From the IMG/VR virus record IMGVR_UViG_2713896776_000008: a DNA stretch of 35,334 nt; one strand, given 5' to 3'. Both the position numbers and the translations under genes were made by a program. How positions within the stretch are numbered: position 1 is the first letter of the stretch; every line of letters begins with the position of its first letter. Positions 1-8,662 of the stretch are shown here, piece after piece. The notes beneath the pieces were generated by a model. That model was not told the origin of the DNA and did no database searches. It saw nothing but the letters and a program-made list of their open reading frames with translations. This DNA is from a virus. Lineage: Duplodnaviria; Heunggongvirae; Uroviricota; Caudoviricetes.

Positions 1-330
1 TCAGTAACCAAACAACGCCCATTTTAGTAGTGCATCTGCATCATTCTTCAAACTTCCAAGGTCTTTTCCTGGTGAAATTGTTGCCGCTACACCAAGCGCA
101 TTAAGTCGAAGCTGTGCCTGATGGAATCGACTCTCTTGCTGTAGGCCCAGAATTTCATTTTTATTCGCGACAGCATAACGCTGAATGGCTGACTTCGATA
201 CGCTGTAACCTTTATCGGCTAACCAGAGCGAGAGCCATTCATAACCGGTGAAGTTTGTGCGCGATAATTCGCTATGAAGCTCGGCACGAACATCCTCTGG
301 CAGTTTATCAATATTGCTTGGTCTGGCCAT
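1..330 (-). CDS. DUF3486-like protein, short paralogue of the Mu gp27-like putative small terminase subunit (N-terminal DNA-binding part)
   Basis: ATG at 330 with AGGAGG 5-6 nt upstream; MARPSNIDKLPEDVRAELHSEL...GYEWLSLWLADKGYSVSKSAIQRY parallels the N-terminus of the 13282-13830 product (MARRSTIEKLPEDVRRWLERAL...GYNELESLLREQGYVISKSAIHRY). Stop at window position 1-3. Confidence 0.6.
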   Translation of the reverse strand: MARPSNIDKLPEDVRAELHSELSRTNFTGYEWLSLWLADKGYSVSKSAIQRYAVANKNEILGLQQESRFHQAQLRLNALGVAATISPGKDLGSLKNDADALLKWALFGY

Positions 331-349
331 CTGTCCTCCTATAAATAGC

Positions 350-739
350 TTAGCTATTTTCCACCTTCTCTGAATCAGAGTCACCATCAAACAGTTTGCC
401 CTGCATCCGATCCAATTCTTCTTTTCTGACCCGCTTCACCACGCTGTAAACCCACTGTAGTGAAACACCGAATTTGCGGGCCAGTTCGTGATGGTTGCGT
501 CCGTCAAACTCCAGGAATATTTCCCGGTCGCGCTGACTGACCTTCCAGACCATGCCCATCGGAAAATAGACGTTTTGCCCACCCCAGACCTGCATCATGC
601 GGTTCGCGACGGCCTGACCAATCTGGTCGGCAACTGCGGGTTCGATATCAATAATCTCGCGGACGGTCTCAGAGGTATGCTGTGCCAGTTCTACCAACAG
701 TTCCGGCCCTTTACTACGAAACTGATTCAGGTCGCTCAT
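350..739 (-). CDS. mor: Mor/C-family transcriptional activator (middle/late activator), 129 aa
   Basis: ATG at 739 preceded by GGGAGTGA; GGQxVYxP...GRNhhELarkfGVS...VYsvvKRvR pattern typical of the Mor family; position downstream of gemA-like gene as in Mu. Confidence 0.8.
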   Translation of the reverse strand: MSDLNQFRSKGPELLVELAQHTSETVREIIDIEPAVADQIGQAVANRMMQVWGGQNVYFPMGMVWKVSQRDREIFLEFDGRNHHELARKFGVSLQWVYSVVKRVRKEELDRMQGKLFDGDSDSEKVENS

Positions 740-1164
740 TGCTTCACTCCCGCAGCTCTGCGCTGCCACTTCTTCAGTTTCTCAATCACGCTACTTGCCT
801 GCTCATTGCTGAGCCAGCGTAACGCGCTGATGCCTGTTTCCCGTTTAACCCACAGCGCCAGCGCCTGCTCTGAACTGTCTCGGACGATGCCTGCGGCAGC
901 CATTTCAAGCCATAGCGCACGGATTTTCTTTGACTGCGGATGACTATCCAGCGGTAAGCCGGACTTGGCTTTCCCGGCAGGCTTAATGCGAAAGCCTTTA
1001 TTTTTCATGGATTCCAGCACGCGGTTTAGCTGTGGGGTATCCATCCCTTTGGTTGAGGCTTTGCCGGTCAGCCCCTGTAGCATCTGGCGGTAGGTGTCCT
1101 CATCCATCTGGAGGTCATTGCGGGCAATATGGATGAGTTGAATAAGACGCTGCTTAGTCATCAT
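736..1164 (-). CDS. gemA: GemA-like regulatory protein (Mu gp16 family, DUF1018)
   Basis: MMTKQRLIQLIHIARNDLQMDEDTYRQMLQGLTGKAS... signature; AAGGAG upstream of ATG at 1164; stop overlaps mor start. Confidence 0.7.
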   Translation of the reverse strand: MMTKQRLIQLIHIARNDLQMDEDTYRQMLQGLTGKASTKGMDTPQLNRVLESMKNKGFRIKPAGKAKSGLPLDSHPQSKKIRALWLEMAAAGIVRDSSEQALALWVKRETGISALRWLSNEQASSVIEKLKKWQRRAAGVKQ

Positions 1165-1369
1165 CGTCGCTCCTTTTACCTGCGCCACCGATATAATCGA
1201 CATATAAAGGAAGCGCAACAGGCCAGCACATGAACATAACGGCCCAACTGATCCAGTGTCCGGCACCGCTGTAACGTGAGTAAAAACCTGAGCGGCGGTG
1301 CAGTTCAGCAGTACACCACCCCACGAGACCATACCAGAACAGGGCACATACAATTGATTCAGCCATCAT
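1154..1369 (-). CDS. small hydrophobic (probably 2-TM) protein, unknown function
   Basis: In-frame ATG pair at 1369/1366 in ORF 1154-1483; hydrophobic segments ESIVCALFWYGLVGW and WISWAVMFMCWPVALPLY; overlaps neighbours by a few nt (operon packing). Confidence 0.4.
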   Translation of the reverse strand: MMAESIVCALFWYGLVGWCTAELHRRSGFYSRYSGAGHWISWAVMFMCWPVALPLYVDYIGGAGKRSDDDD

Positions 1370-1586
1370 AATGAATCCCACCCCAGTTAATATGAATGTT
1401 ACGGGCTGTAGTAACCGGATCGTTATTCCACCATGCACCTGACATGTAATTTTTAACCTGCTCTCGTCCAGCAATAATGCCAATTTGAATGCCGGGCCTT
1501 ACGTTCTTAAAAAAGGCGCGAGCAAAAAGATATTTAGCAGCTGTACGACAAGGGTTCGGTGCTTTCTTCTTACGCGATAACATCAT
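1359..1586 (-). CDS. hypothetical small basic protein (75 aa)
   Basis: ORF with tandem ATG at 1586; overlaps stop of upstream DUF2786-like gene by 4 nt (translational coupling); no recognisable domain. Confidence 0.4.
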   Translation of the reverse strand: MMLSRKKKAPNPCRTAAKYLFARAFFKNVRPGIQIGIIAGREQVKNYMSGAWWNNDPVTTARNIHINWGGIHYDG

Positions 1587-2272
1587 CTTTCAGCCCTCAG
1601 TTTATGCTGCTCCTGCCCGCCAACGGGCTGATGCAGGCGGACGTTTTCCCCTTCTCTGTAACCGATGTGGCGGGACATGTCTGCGTCACGTGACTTCCCG
1701 GCCCCACGGCCCGTAGTTGTGCCTGAGTCAGGGTATTTTTGTTCAAGCCAGAGGCTTGCCAGCTCCCGTTCTTCGCGGGACATAGCAAATAAATGAACCT
1801 CGCTGCGCACGGCCAGAACCCAGCCTTCGGCAAACTTGTCACCACGACTGGTCTTGGTCGTGTTTTTGATTCTTTTATTCTGCTGTCGAATATAGTTTTT
1901 ACGGGCCACGATTAATTGTCTGGCCAGTACCTCCCATGTATATGAGGCCAGTTCAACCCGGTCTTTATTACCGTAAAAACCAACGCTGGGTTTAAAGCCG
2001 GAGTGAATAATAGACTTAACGCCAAATGCCACCTGGATAATATCCAGCAGACCCAGCATGTATCGCGGTGGGTTAACGCTACCTGCTGCCCAGTAGTGAC
2101 TGACGCTTTCATCAATATCGCTGAGTGCGAGGTCAGCCTGGGTGATGTTATAGGCCTGCATCAGCTTCTGGGCGCGTTGTAGGGCCAGTGCAGCTTCATG
2201 GGGGTTGTCAGATTTAGCCAGCGCCAGCAGCTTTTTTAACTTCTCCAGCAGCTTTTCATTATTCTGCGGCAT
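1583..2272 (-). CDS. DUF2786-like domain protein (common early-region protein of Mu-like prophages)
   Basis: N-terminal LLEKLKKLLALAKSDNPHEAALALQRAQKLM motif characteristic of DUF2786; ATG at 2272. Confidence 0.6.
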   Translation of the reverse strand: MPQNNEKLLEKLKKLLALAKSDNPHEAALALQRAQKLMQAYNITQADLALSDIDESVSHYWAAGSVNPPRYMLGLLDIIQVAFGVKSIIHSGFKPSVGFYGNKDRVELASYTWEVLARQLIVARKNYIRQQNKRIKNTTKTSRGDKFAEGWVLAVRSEVHLFAMSREERELASLWLEQKYPDSGTTTGRGAGKSRDADMSRHIGYREGENVRLHQPVGGQEQHKLRAER

Positions 2273-2741
2273 AAGTCACCCCCAGGCGTTCGGCAAGGCG
2301 TTCCAGCTTTTTCTGCTTATGAAAATCAATCATCAGGCCCATCCCGTTGAGGCGGAACTGTTCAATCATGATTTCAACGTCAGCCAGTTCGCCAGCCAGA
2401 TCAACTTCACTGCCCAGTCCGTTCATGTTGCGGGCGGCAGCAGCGGCCAGCTCGGCGGCTTCTTCCATCAGCTTCAGCGCCTGTGCTTCAGGGCCAAAGG
2501 TTTTCAGGGCCAGATTGTATATAGTGGAGCGGTTATATAATTTCATGCCTTTCATTTTTTTTGCCTCGCAGGGGATGAACTCCATGGCCGGAACTTCGGT
2601 GTAGTAATGCTGGCTGCAGTGAGGGCATACCAGCGTGATGAGGACGGCTGGCACACGGTACTTACCGGAGGTAATGACGCTGGCGTCGCTGAACTTCAGG
2701 GTGGTGATACCTTTCTGGCAGTTGGTACATTTGATGGACAT
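2259..2741 (-). CDS. Zn-ribbon (CxxC...CxxC) fused to MazG-like all-alpha NTP pyrophosphohydrolase domain
   Basis: ATG at 2741 with AAGGAA upstream; N-term CTNCQ...CPHCSQ; C-term EEAAELAAAA...AGELADVEIMIEQ acidic motifs resembling MazG/HisE-type metal-binding helices. Confidence 0.55.
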   Translation of the reverse strand: MSIKCTNCQKGITTLKFSDASVITSGKYRVPAVLITLVCPHCSQHYYTEVPAMEFIPCEAKKMKGMKLYNRSTIYNLALKTFGPEAQALKLMEEAAELAAAAARNMNGLGSEVDLAGELADVEIMIEQFRLNGMGLMIDFHKQKKLERLAERLGVTYAAE

Positions 2742-2819
2742 GTTTTATTCCTTAATGCTGTTTTCGGCGTGCAGAAACCCACAGCGCTGACGCCGAAATA
2801 AAAAGAAATTGAATTAAAA

Positions 2820-3431
2820 TTAAATGGCAGCGATATCTAACGGGATATTAATTAGCTTCCCGTGTTTATCTTTCTCCCGGAAATTAATATAGGTTTTGGA
2901 CATTGCCACTTGCAGTGATTCCGATATAGCCTCCATTGCCCGGTTCCAGCGCTCGTCCTGAATCTTGACGCGGCGCAGGGAAAGAATACGTCCGGTATTA
3001 AGCTGGCCCTCTTTGTCCACCTGAAAAGCATCGCTGATGATGGCCCGCAGGTTGGCGTTCGCGCCTTCCGACCACTCGGTGACGCACTCGTCTATCAGGT
3101 CTTTGGCAATCTGCAGCTCTGGCCCGAAGGTCAGGGTTTCCTGCACGCGGATGGTGATCTGCTGAGCACCGTCGAAGCTGCTGAAGGTCACGTTGCCTTT
3201 GGCACCGCCGCGTGTTCTGCCGTACTTCTCGGCCACAAGGTCAAGCCAGGCATAGCACTCGTCAAAGGCACGACGCTTGAAGTCGCTGAGTTCATCGCGT
3301 TTAACCTTCGCGGCGGCAACCTGTTCTTTAACGAAAGAGTCCATCGCAAGGTCATAGTCAGACACCTGGTCAACCGGCACCAGACGCCCCTTGCGGTCTT
3401 TCATGTAGTTTTCTTTATTTACTTCGCTCAT
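2820..3431 (-). CDS. DUF3164-like protein (Mu-like early-region protein), 203 aa
   Basis: ATG at 3431 with AAGGTGA upstream; size, position after B and family resemblance; function unknown. Confidence 0.55.
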   Translation of the reverse strand: MSEVNKENYMKDRKGRLVPVDQVSDYDLAMDSFVKEQVAAAKVKRDELSDFKRRAFDECYAWLDLVAEKYGRTRGGAKGNVTFSSFDGAQQITIRVQETLTFGPELQIAKDLIDECVTEWSEGANANLRAIISDAFQVDKEGQLNTGRILSLRRVKIQDERWNRAMEAISESLQVAMSKTYINFREKDKHGKLINIPLDIAAI

Positions 3432-3448
3432 CTCTGTTCACCTTATGG

Positions 3449-3718
3449 TTAATGTAACGACTCTGACCAGGTAATACGGCAGCCATGCAACTCAAAGACG
3501 CCCTGACGGAAGCGCCCTGAGCCGTCATGGCCAACATGGGTATAACTCGCTTTGCCCTGCTCCAGCAGGCGGGCACAGTGCCCGTTGCGGGCGATACGGA
3601 TAACCGGCTTACTGCCAGCAATCATGACGCTCTGCACGGTAGTGTTCATGGCGTTGAGCGCCATAATGGCGGACTGCACCTTGTTCATCTGCTGGTTGAT
3701 ATCGGCGATGGATTTCAT
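3449..3718 (-). CDS. hypothetical 89-aa protein immediately downstream of B (Kil-position gene)
   Basis: ATG at 3718 with AGGAG upstream; begins 3 nt after B stop; no recognised domain. Confidence 0.5.
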   Translation of the reverse strand: MKSIADINQQMNKVQSAIMALNAMNTTVQSVMIAGSKPVIRIARNGHCARLLEQGKASYTHVGHDGSGRFRQGVFELHGCRITWSESLH

Positions 3719-3720
3719 GA

Positions 3721-4887
3721 TTAAACTCCTTTGACGACGTCGGCGTTGACCTGCGGAACCCCGATTTCAGCAGCCAGATTCATGGCGGCTATCACCAGGT
3801 TACTGACGGCCAGCGGATACAGCAGGCTGACCATGCTTTTACGGTTGCTGCCCAGATTGCTCAGACGGGCGCGGATGGCTTCCACTGCGCTGGCGTCCAT
3901 GATGTCAGACAGCTGCTTACCGGCGCGTTGCAGTTTGAACGTCAGAAACTCTTCGAGGCTGTTGTCCAGCGGCAGCAGTTCAACCACCTCGCAGCGCTGG
4001 ACGACCTCACGGACTTCCATGTTGCGTTCGGACAGTTTGTCCGCCAGCTCAGGCTGGCCAATCAGCACGATGGACAGCAGTTTTTTGAAGCCGGATTCCA
4101 GCTCAAAGAAGCGTTTGAGGTGCTTCAGCGTCGGAATGGGCAGACTGTGGGCCTCCTCAATCACCAGAACGTGGCTGAAACCCGCCTGACTGCTGTCCTT
4201 CAGGACGCGGTGCAACTGGCGGAAACGGGCGTCCTGGCTGCGTTTGATACTCTCCAGCGGCGCGATGGTGCTGATGATGGCCTCGGCGATAGCTGCCGCC
4301 TTCAGGGTTTTGCCCTTCACGTCGTTGTCTTCCATGGCGATGATGTATGGCTCGATAACAATCACCGGCGCGTTCTCGCGGTTGACGCGTTCAATCAGGT
4401 CGCGGCGCAGCGTGGATTTACCCGCACCGGACTCGCCGATAACCGCCAGAAAGCCACCGTGGCGGGCGGTCTGGAACAGCGCCTCACGCACGTAGCGGAT
4501 ATCCGGCGTGGTGAACACATCGTCCGCGCCCTGCATGGCTTCATCGGCGAACGGGTCACGGAAAAGACCAAACGCTTTTTTGGTTGCTGGAAATAACACC
4601 TGCTTTTTGAGTAACATGTTCTCTTCCTCACTGAGGTTGGTTTTATCGGTAGTACCCGCTGTACGGGGTGTGACAGCGCCCTGTGCAGCATCAAAACTTT
4701 TCGCTGTATCAATCCCCTTACTTTCCAGATACAACGCCAGACGCTGGCGTACCTCTTCGGGGCTGGTGCGGGGCCACTCGTTATGGTTCACAATCTGGGC
4801 CAGCGTGGCCTCGGAAACGGCGACGGCTCTTGCCACCGCCGCCTGCGGGATGCGGGCCTCTTTCAGTTGTTGCTTCAGTACCAGCAT
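3721..4887 (-). CDS. DNA transposition protein B-like AAA+ ATPase (target DNA activator)
   Basis: Walker A AVIGESGAGKST, N-terminal HTH-like segment, Walker B-like hVLVIEEAH; GGAGG RBS; directly downstream of transposase as in Mu A-B. Confidence 0.85.
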   Translation of the reverse strand: MLVLKQQLKEARIPQAAVARAVAVSEATLAQIVNHNEWPRTSPEEVRQRLALYLESKGIDTAKSFDAAQGAVTPRTAGTTDKTNLSEEENMLLKKQVLFPATKKAFGLFRDPFADEAMQGADDVFTTPDIRYVREALFQTARHGGFLAVIGESGAGKSTLRRDLIERVNRENAPVIVIEPYIIAMEDNDVKGKTLKAAAIAEAIISTIAPLESIKRSQDARFRQLHRVLKDSSQAGFSHVLVIEEAHSLPIPTLKHLKRFFELESGFKKLLSIVLIGQPELADKLSERNMEVREVVQRCEVVELLPLDNSLEEFLTFKLQRAGKQLSDIMDASAVEAIRARLSNLGSNRKSMVSLLYPLAVSNLVIAAMNLAAEIGVPQVNADVVKGV

Positions 4888-4897
4888 GCCTTCCTCC

Positions 4898-6667
4898 TCA
4901 GTTACCGTTAACGATGCTGATAACGCTGTTGCGGGCCGGAGTGGTCAGGGTGACCATGACCTCATCCAGAGCGGCTTCCGGTACGCCGTCCGGGTACTGT
5001 GCCGTTAACTGGCGGTAATGTTCCGGCGTCCAGATATGGCCGTTAGCGCCAAACTTCTCGCGCAGGGCTTTCGCCGCCTCCACATGGGTCAGCGGACGCT
5101 GCTCAATACGCGGCCCGCGCACGTCTGAAGCCTGACCGCGCTTCGGCATATAGGCCGGAAGCGTGGTGTCGTCGATATGTTTGTACGGGTCAAGTCGCCC
5201 GCCGAACGGCAGCGCCTTCGCCTTGCGTGCAGCAGCTGCATCGGTGGCGTTATCGGTGCCCGTAACCAGCTCTTCGATTTCTTTTGCCGCCGTCTGCGCC
5301 GGGGTCTCCGGCAGGGCTTTGTAGTTTTCGCCAAATACCGCCGCGCTTTCGGCAAAGCCGAACTCGTTCTTTCTGACCTCCTCGACCAGGAAGAACGTCT
5401 CGTGACCGTCCTCACCGGTCAGCACCACCTGCGCCACATCGCTGCGCCACGGGTTACGGGTAATCATCAGTTTTTCGCCGACCAGTACGCCCGGTACCGT
5501 CGAAACGTCAAACTCATTGCCCCGGAACGAGACGCGCAGTTTTGGTGTGACCTTACGGAGTTCCGGTGCGGCCACCGCCAGTTCGCGGCAAACCTCAACG
5601 GATGGCGCTTTTTTCAGCTGGTCAGCAGTAATCTTCAGCCAGATATCCGTGCGGGTTTTACCGTGGCGGCTGTGGACCGCCGTGGCGTTAAAGTGGCTGC
5701 GCCATTTCACCGCCAGTGCGTTCAGTTCGTCCAGGCTATGAACCGGCTGGAATTTGAGACCCGGCTCCAGTTTACGTTCGATAATGTCACGGGCCTTTTC
5801 CACCTGCCCGGTGGCGCGGGCGTTATGCGGCTTGTGCGCTATCAGATTGATGCCCAGCGAGCGGCACATGTTTTTCGTCATGCCAGCGGTGTTCGCCGAA
5901 CCGGGATCAAGGTAGAGTATTTTCGGCACGCCGTGCAGCACGTCCGCGCCGCCGCGCTCCTGCATGGCGTTGATAAGCACAGAACAGAGGTTCTCACCAG
6001 ATTCCGCACCCATCACGTACTCAACGTAAATCCAGCCGCTGGTATGGTCGGTAATCTCGTAACTCCACACGCGGTCACTGGCGATGCGGGCGATGTTGGC
6101 AGGCTTGTTCTTGTAGAACTTCGAGCTGTCCATCACCTGCAACCCTTTATGGCCGTTGCTCAGGTAGTAAAGCGTACAAAGTGAGGCATCAATCTCCCAG
6201 ACGTGATTGGGATGCAGGCTGGCCATCTCGGACGACGGGGCCGGTGCGTCAAGCTGTTCCGGGTGCAGACCATAGTTCCGCAGGGCGCGGCTGATGGTGT
6301 CCTCGGACAGCGGGAAAAACTCGCCTGTGGCCTCGTCCGTTCTGCCAGCAGTGATAAAGCCGTTTGACCGCAGGGTCTCCACCGCATCCGCGATGGAATA
6401 CAGGCGTTTACCGTTCTTACGGGTGGCCTCGCGCAGCGTGGCGGAGATCAGCGCGGCCTCGTCGCGGCTCAGGGCGCTGCGCCCGGCATCGGCGCGTTTT
6501 TTGCGTTTGTCAGTCACTGATACCTCCTTCAGCTTGCGCAGCAGGGTGGCGCGGGACATGCCCAGTTCAGCGCAGGCGGCGTCGTATATCGCACCGCGCT
6601 TACCATGCCCCGCGTCACGTGCCGCGCGGGCAACATAAACCAGTCGTTCAGTCAGGGCGGCACTCAT
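4898..6667 (-). CDS. Mu-type DDE transposase (A protein), 589 aa
   Basis: N-terminal HTH (GMSRATLLRKLKEV), central DDE/rve-like core (HVWEIDAS ... YLDPGSANT ...), GGAGG RBS, followed by B. Confidence 0.85.
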   Translation of the reverse strand: MSAALTERLVYVARAARDAGHGKRGAIYDAACAELGMSRATLLRKLKEVSVTDKRKKRADAGRSALSRDEAALISATLREATRKNGKRLYSIADAVETLRSNGFITAGRTDEATGEFFPLSEDTISRALRNYGLHPEQLDAPAPSSEMASLHPNHVWEIDASLCTLYYLSNGHKGLQVMDSSKFYKNKPANIARIASDRVWSYEITDHTSGWIYVEYVMGAESGENLCSVLINAMQERGGADVLHGVPKILYLDPGSANTAGMTKNMCRSLGINLIAHKPHNARATGQVEKARDIIERKLEPGLKFQPVHSLDELNALAVKWRSHFNATAVHSRHGKTRTDIWLKITADQLKKAPSVEVCRELAVAAPELRKVTPKLRVSFRGNEFDVSTVPGVLVGEKLMITRNPWRSDVAQVVLTGEDGHETFFLVEEVRKNEFGFAESAAVFGENYKALPETPAQTAAKEIEELVTGTDNATDAAAARKAKALPFGGRLDPYKHIDDTTLPAYMPKRGQASDVRGPRIEQRPLTHVEAAKALREKFGANGHIWTPEHYRQLTAQYPDGVPEAALDEVMVTLTTPARNSVISIVNGN

Positions 6668-6670
6668 CGG

Positions 6671-7579
6671 TTATGCCTCCTGCCCGTTAATCTGTGGCGT
6701 CGGTTCAGTCAGCCATGAAGGGGCGGCGTTACCTGTCGGCTCATCCGGCAGGTCAAATGTGGAGCGCAGGCTACGCGCGGTGCTTTCCAGCTGGCAGACC
6801 AGACCGGCCATAAAGTCTCTGGGGGTATCAATCATATTTTCAGCACAGTATGCGCACAGGGTCTCAAAGGCGCTGGACAGTCGAACGGCGATGGCAGATT
6901 CCGCCTCAACCGCTAATGCCGTCACTTCCGCGCGCAGTTTCTTCACCTCTTCGTCAGGCTTAGGGGGCTGGATACGGGATTTCTTCTCCAGTTTGGTGGA
7001 GAGAGAGTCGATTTTTTCGTTTTTGTCGGCGAGCACGCGCTGTTGTGCTGCGTTGGTTTCGCGGGCTTCGCGTAATGCAGCCCGGAGTTCGCGGCTGGTC
7101 ATGCGATCGATATCATCTAGGGTTAAGCCTGCAATGGTGCCGCCTTCGGCTAACTCTGATAGCTCTTCGTCGTCCTCTGCTATTAATTCGAACAGTTTAG
7201 TTTTGCCCAAATGTGCCAGCGCTGGCACATTTGATTTCAGTGTGGGAGATAAATATTTAGTAGCAGCCTGCATCATTCTTACGGAAGTTCGGTATGGTAA
7301 GCCCAACTCATTTTCGAGGACGTTAATAAACTCCCCATGCGGCTCATTCTCTTTCAATATCACCAAACGCTTACCGGCTTCGAGCATAGACTCGGCACTT
7401 TGCGCCATATAAAAGCGAGCCTCATGAATAATCCGATCACGTTCATACGGCAGGCCATCACCGAACTGCTGCATGATTTCGAGGCGATGTTCAGTCATGG
7501 CATTAAGACTAATGTTGAGGCCATCACTTACCGGCGCATCTTCCATCAGTTCAACTGGTTGTGATTTTGTGCGTCCCAT
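6671..7579 (-). CDS. conserved phage protein, DUF3102-like N-terminal region with coiled-coil C-terminus (302 aa)
   Basis: ATG at 7579 with AAGGAG upstream; long heptad-like charged stretch (RELRAALREARETNAAQQRVLADKNEKIDSLSTKLEKK); family assignment from memory, tentative. Confidence 0.5.
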   Translation of the reverse strand: MGRTKSQPVELMEDAPVSDGLNISLNAMTEHRLEIMQQFGDGLPYERDRIIHEARFYMAQSAESMLEAGKRLVILKENEPHGEFINVLENELGLPYRTSVRMMQAATKYLSPTLKSNVPALAHLGKTKLFELIAEDDEELSELAEGGTIAGLTLDDIDRMTSRELRAALREARETNAAQQRVLADKNEKIDSLSTKLEKKSRIQPPKPDEEVKKLRAEVTALAVEAESAIAVRLSSAFETLCAYCAENMIDTPRDFMAGLVCQLESTARSLRSTFDLPDEPTGNAAPSWLTEPTPQINGQEA

Positions 7580-7588
7580 TTCAACTCC

Positions 7589-7894
7589 TTAGCGACTGCC
7601 AGCCATAACACGCTGGTTGATTTCATTAATACGATCCTGCGCCCGCGCCATCTCGGTGCTGTGCGCCATGGCGATTTGTAAGAGCTGGACTCCAGGGGCG
7701 AAGCGCCCGTTATCCAGTTTCAGGGCCAGTCCTTCTTCGATAAGGGTATTGAGCGCACGATTGATATTCGCCGGTGACTCGCCCAGAGCCGATGCCAGTT
7801 CACCGTTAGAAACACCGTTCAGGGCGTGGCCACGCAGTGCTTTAAGAACGCGCAGAATGCGGGAGCCAGAACTGGATACATTTGCCTTACTCAT
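7589..7894 (-). CDS. winged-helix (IclR/MarR-like HTH) DNA-binding protein
   Basis: ATG at 7894 (alternative upstream start at 7957); RILRVLKALRGHALNGVSNGELASALGESPANINRALNTLIEEGL resembles wHTH recognition module. Confidence 0.55.
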   Translation of the reverse strand: MSKANVSSSGSRILRVLKALRGHALNGVSNGELASALGESPANINRALNTLIEEGLALKLDNGRFAPGVQLLQIAMAHSTEMARAQDRINEINQRVMAGSR

Positions 7895-7946
7895 GTCACA
7901 TTCCCCTTTTTGCGATATGTGATAATCTGTTACACGGACTAAAACG

Positions 7947-8135
7947 TTACGCCGCATTCGAATCTGGTTTCAGACCCAGCTTCACGGCAATTTCGTGTGA
8001 TTTGCCGTAACGAGCTTTGGTGAAGCCGTTAAGAACACGGTAGACCTCATTGCGGCTGTAGCCGTTTTCTTCAGCCCAGCGGGTGAAAGTGACCCCGCGC
8101 TGGCGGAAGAGAGATTTGACTTGTTCTGCAGTCAT
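7947..8135 (-). CDS. Ner/Cro-like small DNA-binding protein, first gene of early operon
   Basis: 62 aa, AAGGAG upstream of ATG at 8135, divergent from repressor gene; HTH-like GYSRNEVYRVLNG; functional call by position and size. Confidence 0.55.
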   Translation of the reverse strand: MTAEQVKSLFRQRGVTFTRWAEENGYSRNEVYRVLNGFTKARYGKSHEIAVKLGLKPDSNAA

Positions 8136-8235
8136 CGTTGTCTCCTTTGTTCATGCAATGATGTTTGCCTTATGTGTGATAGATTATGGTGCAGATTTCC
8201 TCACCAGTCAACTTTAAGAGTGCAGAAATACTCAC
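8136..8235. promoter_or_regulatory. divergent early/repressor control region with direct GTGCAGA repeats (8189-8196, 8220-8227)
   Basis: 100-bp intergenic region between divergent ner-like and repressor genes; two GTGCAGA(T/A) copies 31 bp apart; AT-rich. Confidence 0.4.
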
Positions 8236-8574
8236 ATGATCGGTTTACGTATTAAAGAAGAAAGAGAACGTCTATCCCTTACGCAGCAAGGGTTAGCTGA
8301 CGCTATAGGTGTGGCGAAGAGAACTTTCATAGATTGGGAGAAAGATCGCACCTCCCCAACTGCAGTGCAGTTATCTGCACTATCAGAAATCGGCGTGGAT
8401 GTTTTGTATGTAGTTACTGGGATGAGGAGCCAACCTGTTGTTGCACCTTACGAGTCACAAGAAAAGAAAGAGTTAATGGACGCGTTCGACGACATGAGTC
8501 CCGAGCAGCGGAGGGCTATTCTTGAGGTCGGCAAAGTCCTCACTCAGCCAAAGCCCAGCAAGTTTGCTAGTTGA
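8236..8574 (+). CDS. XRE-family HTH repressor (c-repressor analogue)
   Basis: N-terminal HTH LSLTQQGLADAIGVAKRTFIDWEKDRTSP; divergent from early operon. Confidence 0.75.
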   Translation: MIGLRIKEERERLSLTQQGLADAIGVAKRTFIDWEKDRTSPTAVQLSALSEIGVDVLYVVTGMRSQPVVAPYESQEKKELMDAFDDMSPEQRRAILEVGKVLTQPKPSKFAS

Positions 8575-8662
8575 GCACACTGGTAAAAAGGGGCTGAAAG
8601 TAAAGATAATGTGGTCGATTTTGCTACCTTTCGCAGGCTAAGTTACAAAAAGAATAAATAGG

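Noticed and set aside
488-943. Plus-strand ORF 488-943 (151 aa) overlapping mor and gemA
   Set aside because: Antisense to two well-supported genes, no SD, low-complexity translation.
2259-2741. Splitting the Zn-ribbon and MazG-like regions into two genes
   Set aside because: Both lie in one uninterrupted frame and the only good SD (AAGGAA) precedes the first ATG at 2741; internal Met codons lack SD context. Fusion favoured but unconfirmed.
2762-2797. Hairpin TTTCGGCGT...ACGCCGAAA as an intrinsic terminator
   Set aside because: In the sense of the minus-strand operon the stem is not followed by a U-tract; on the plus strand no gene ends there. Left as an uncharacterised structure.
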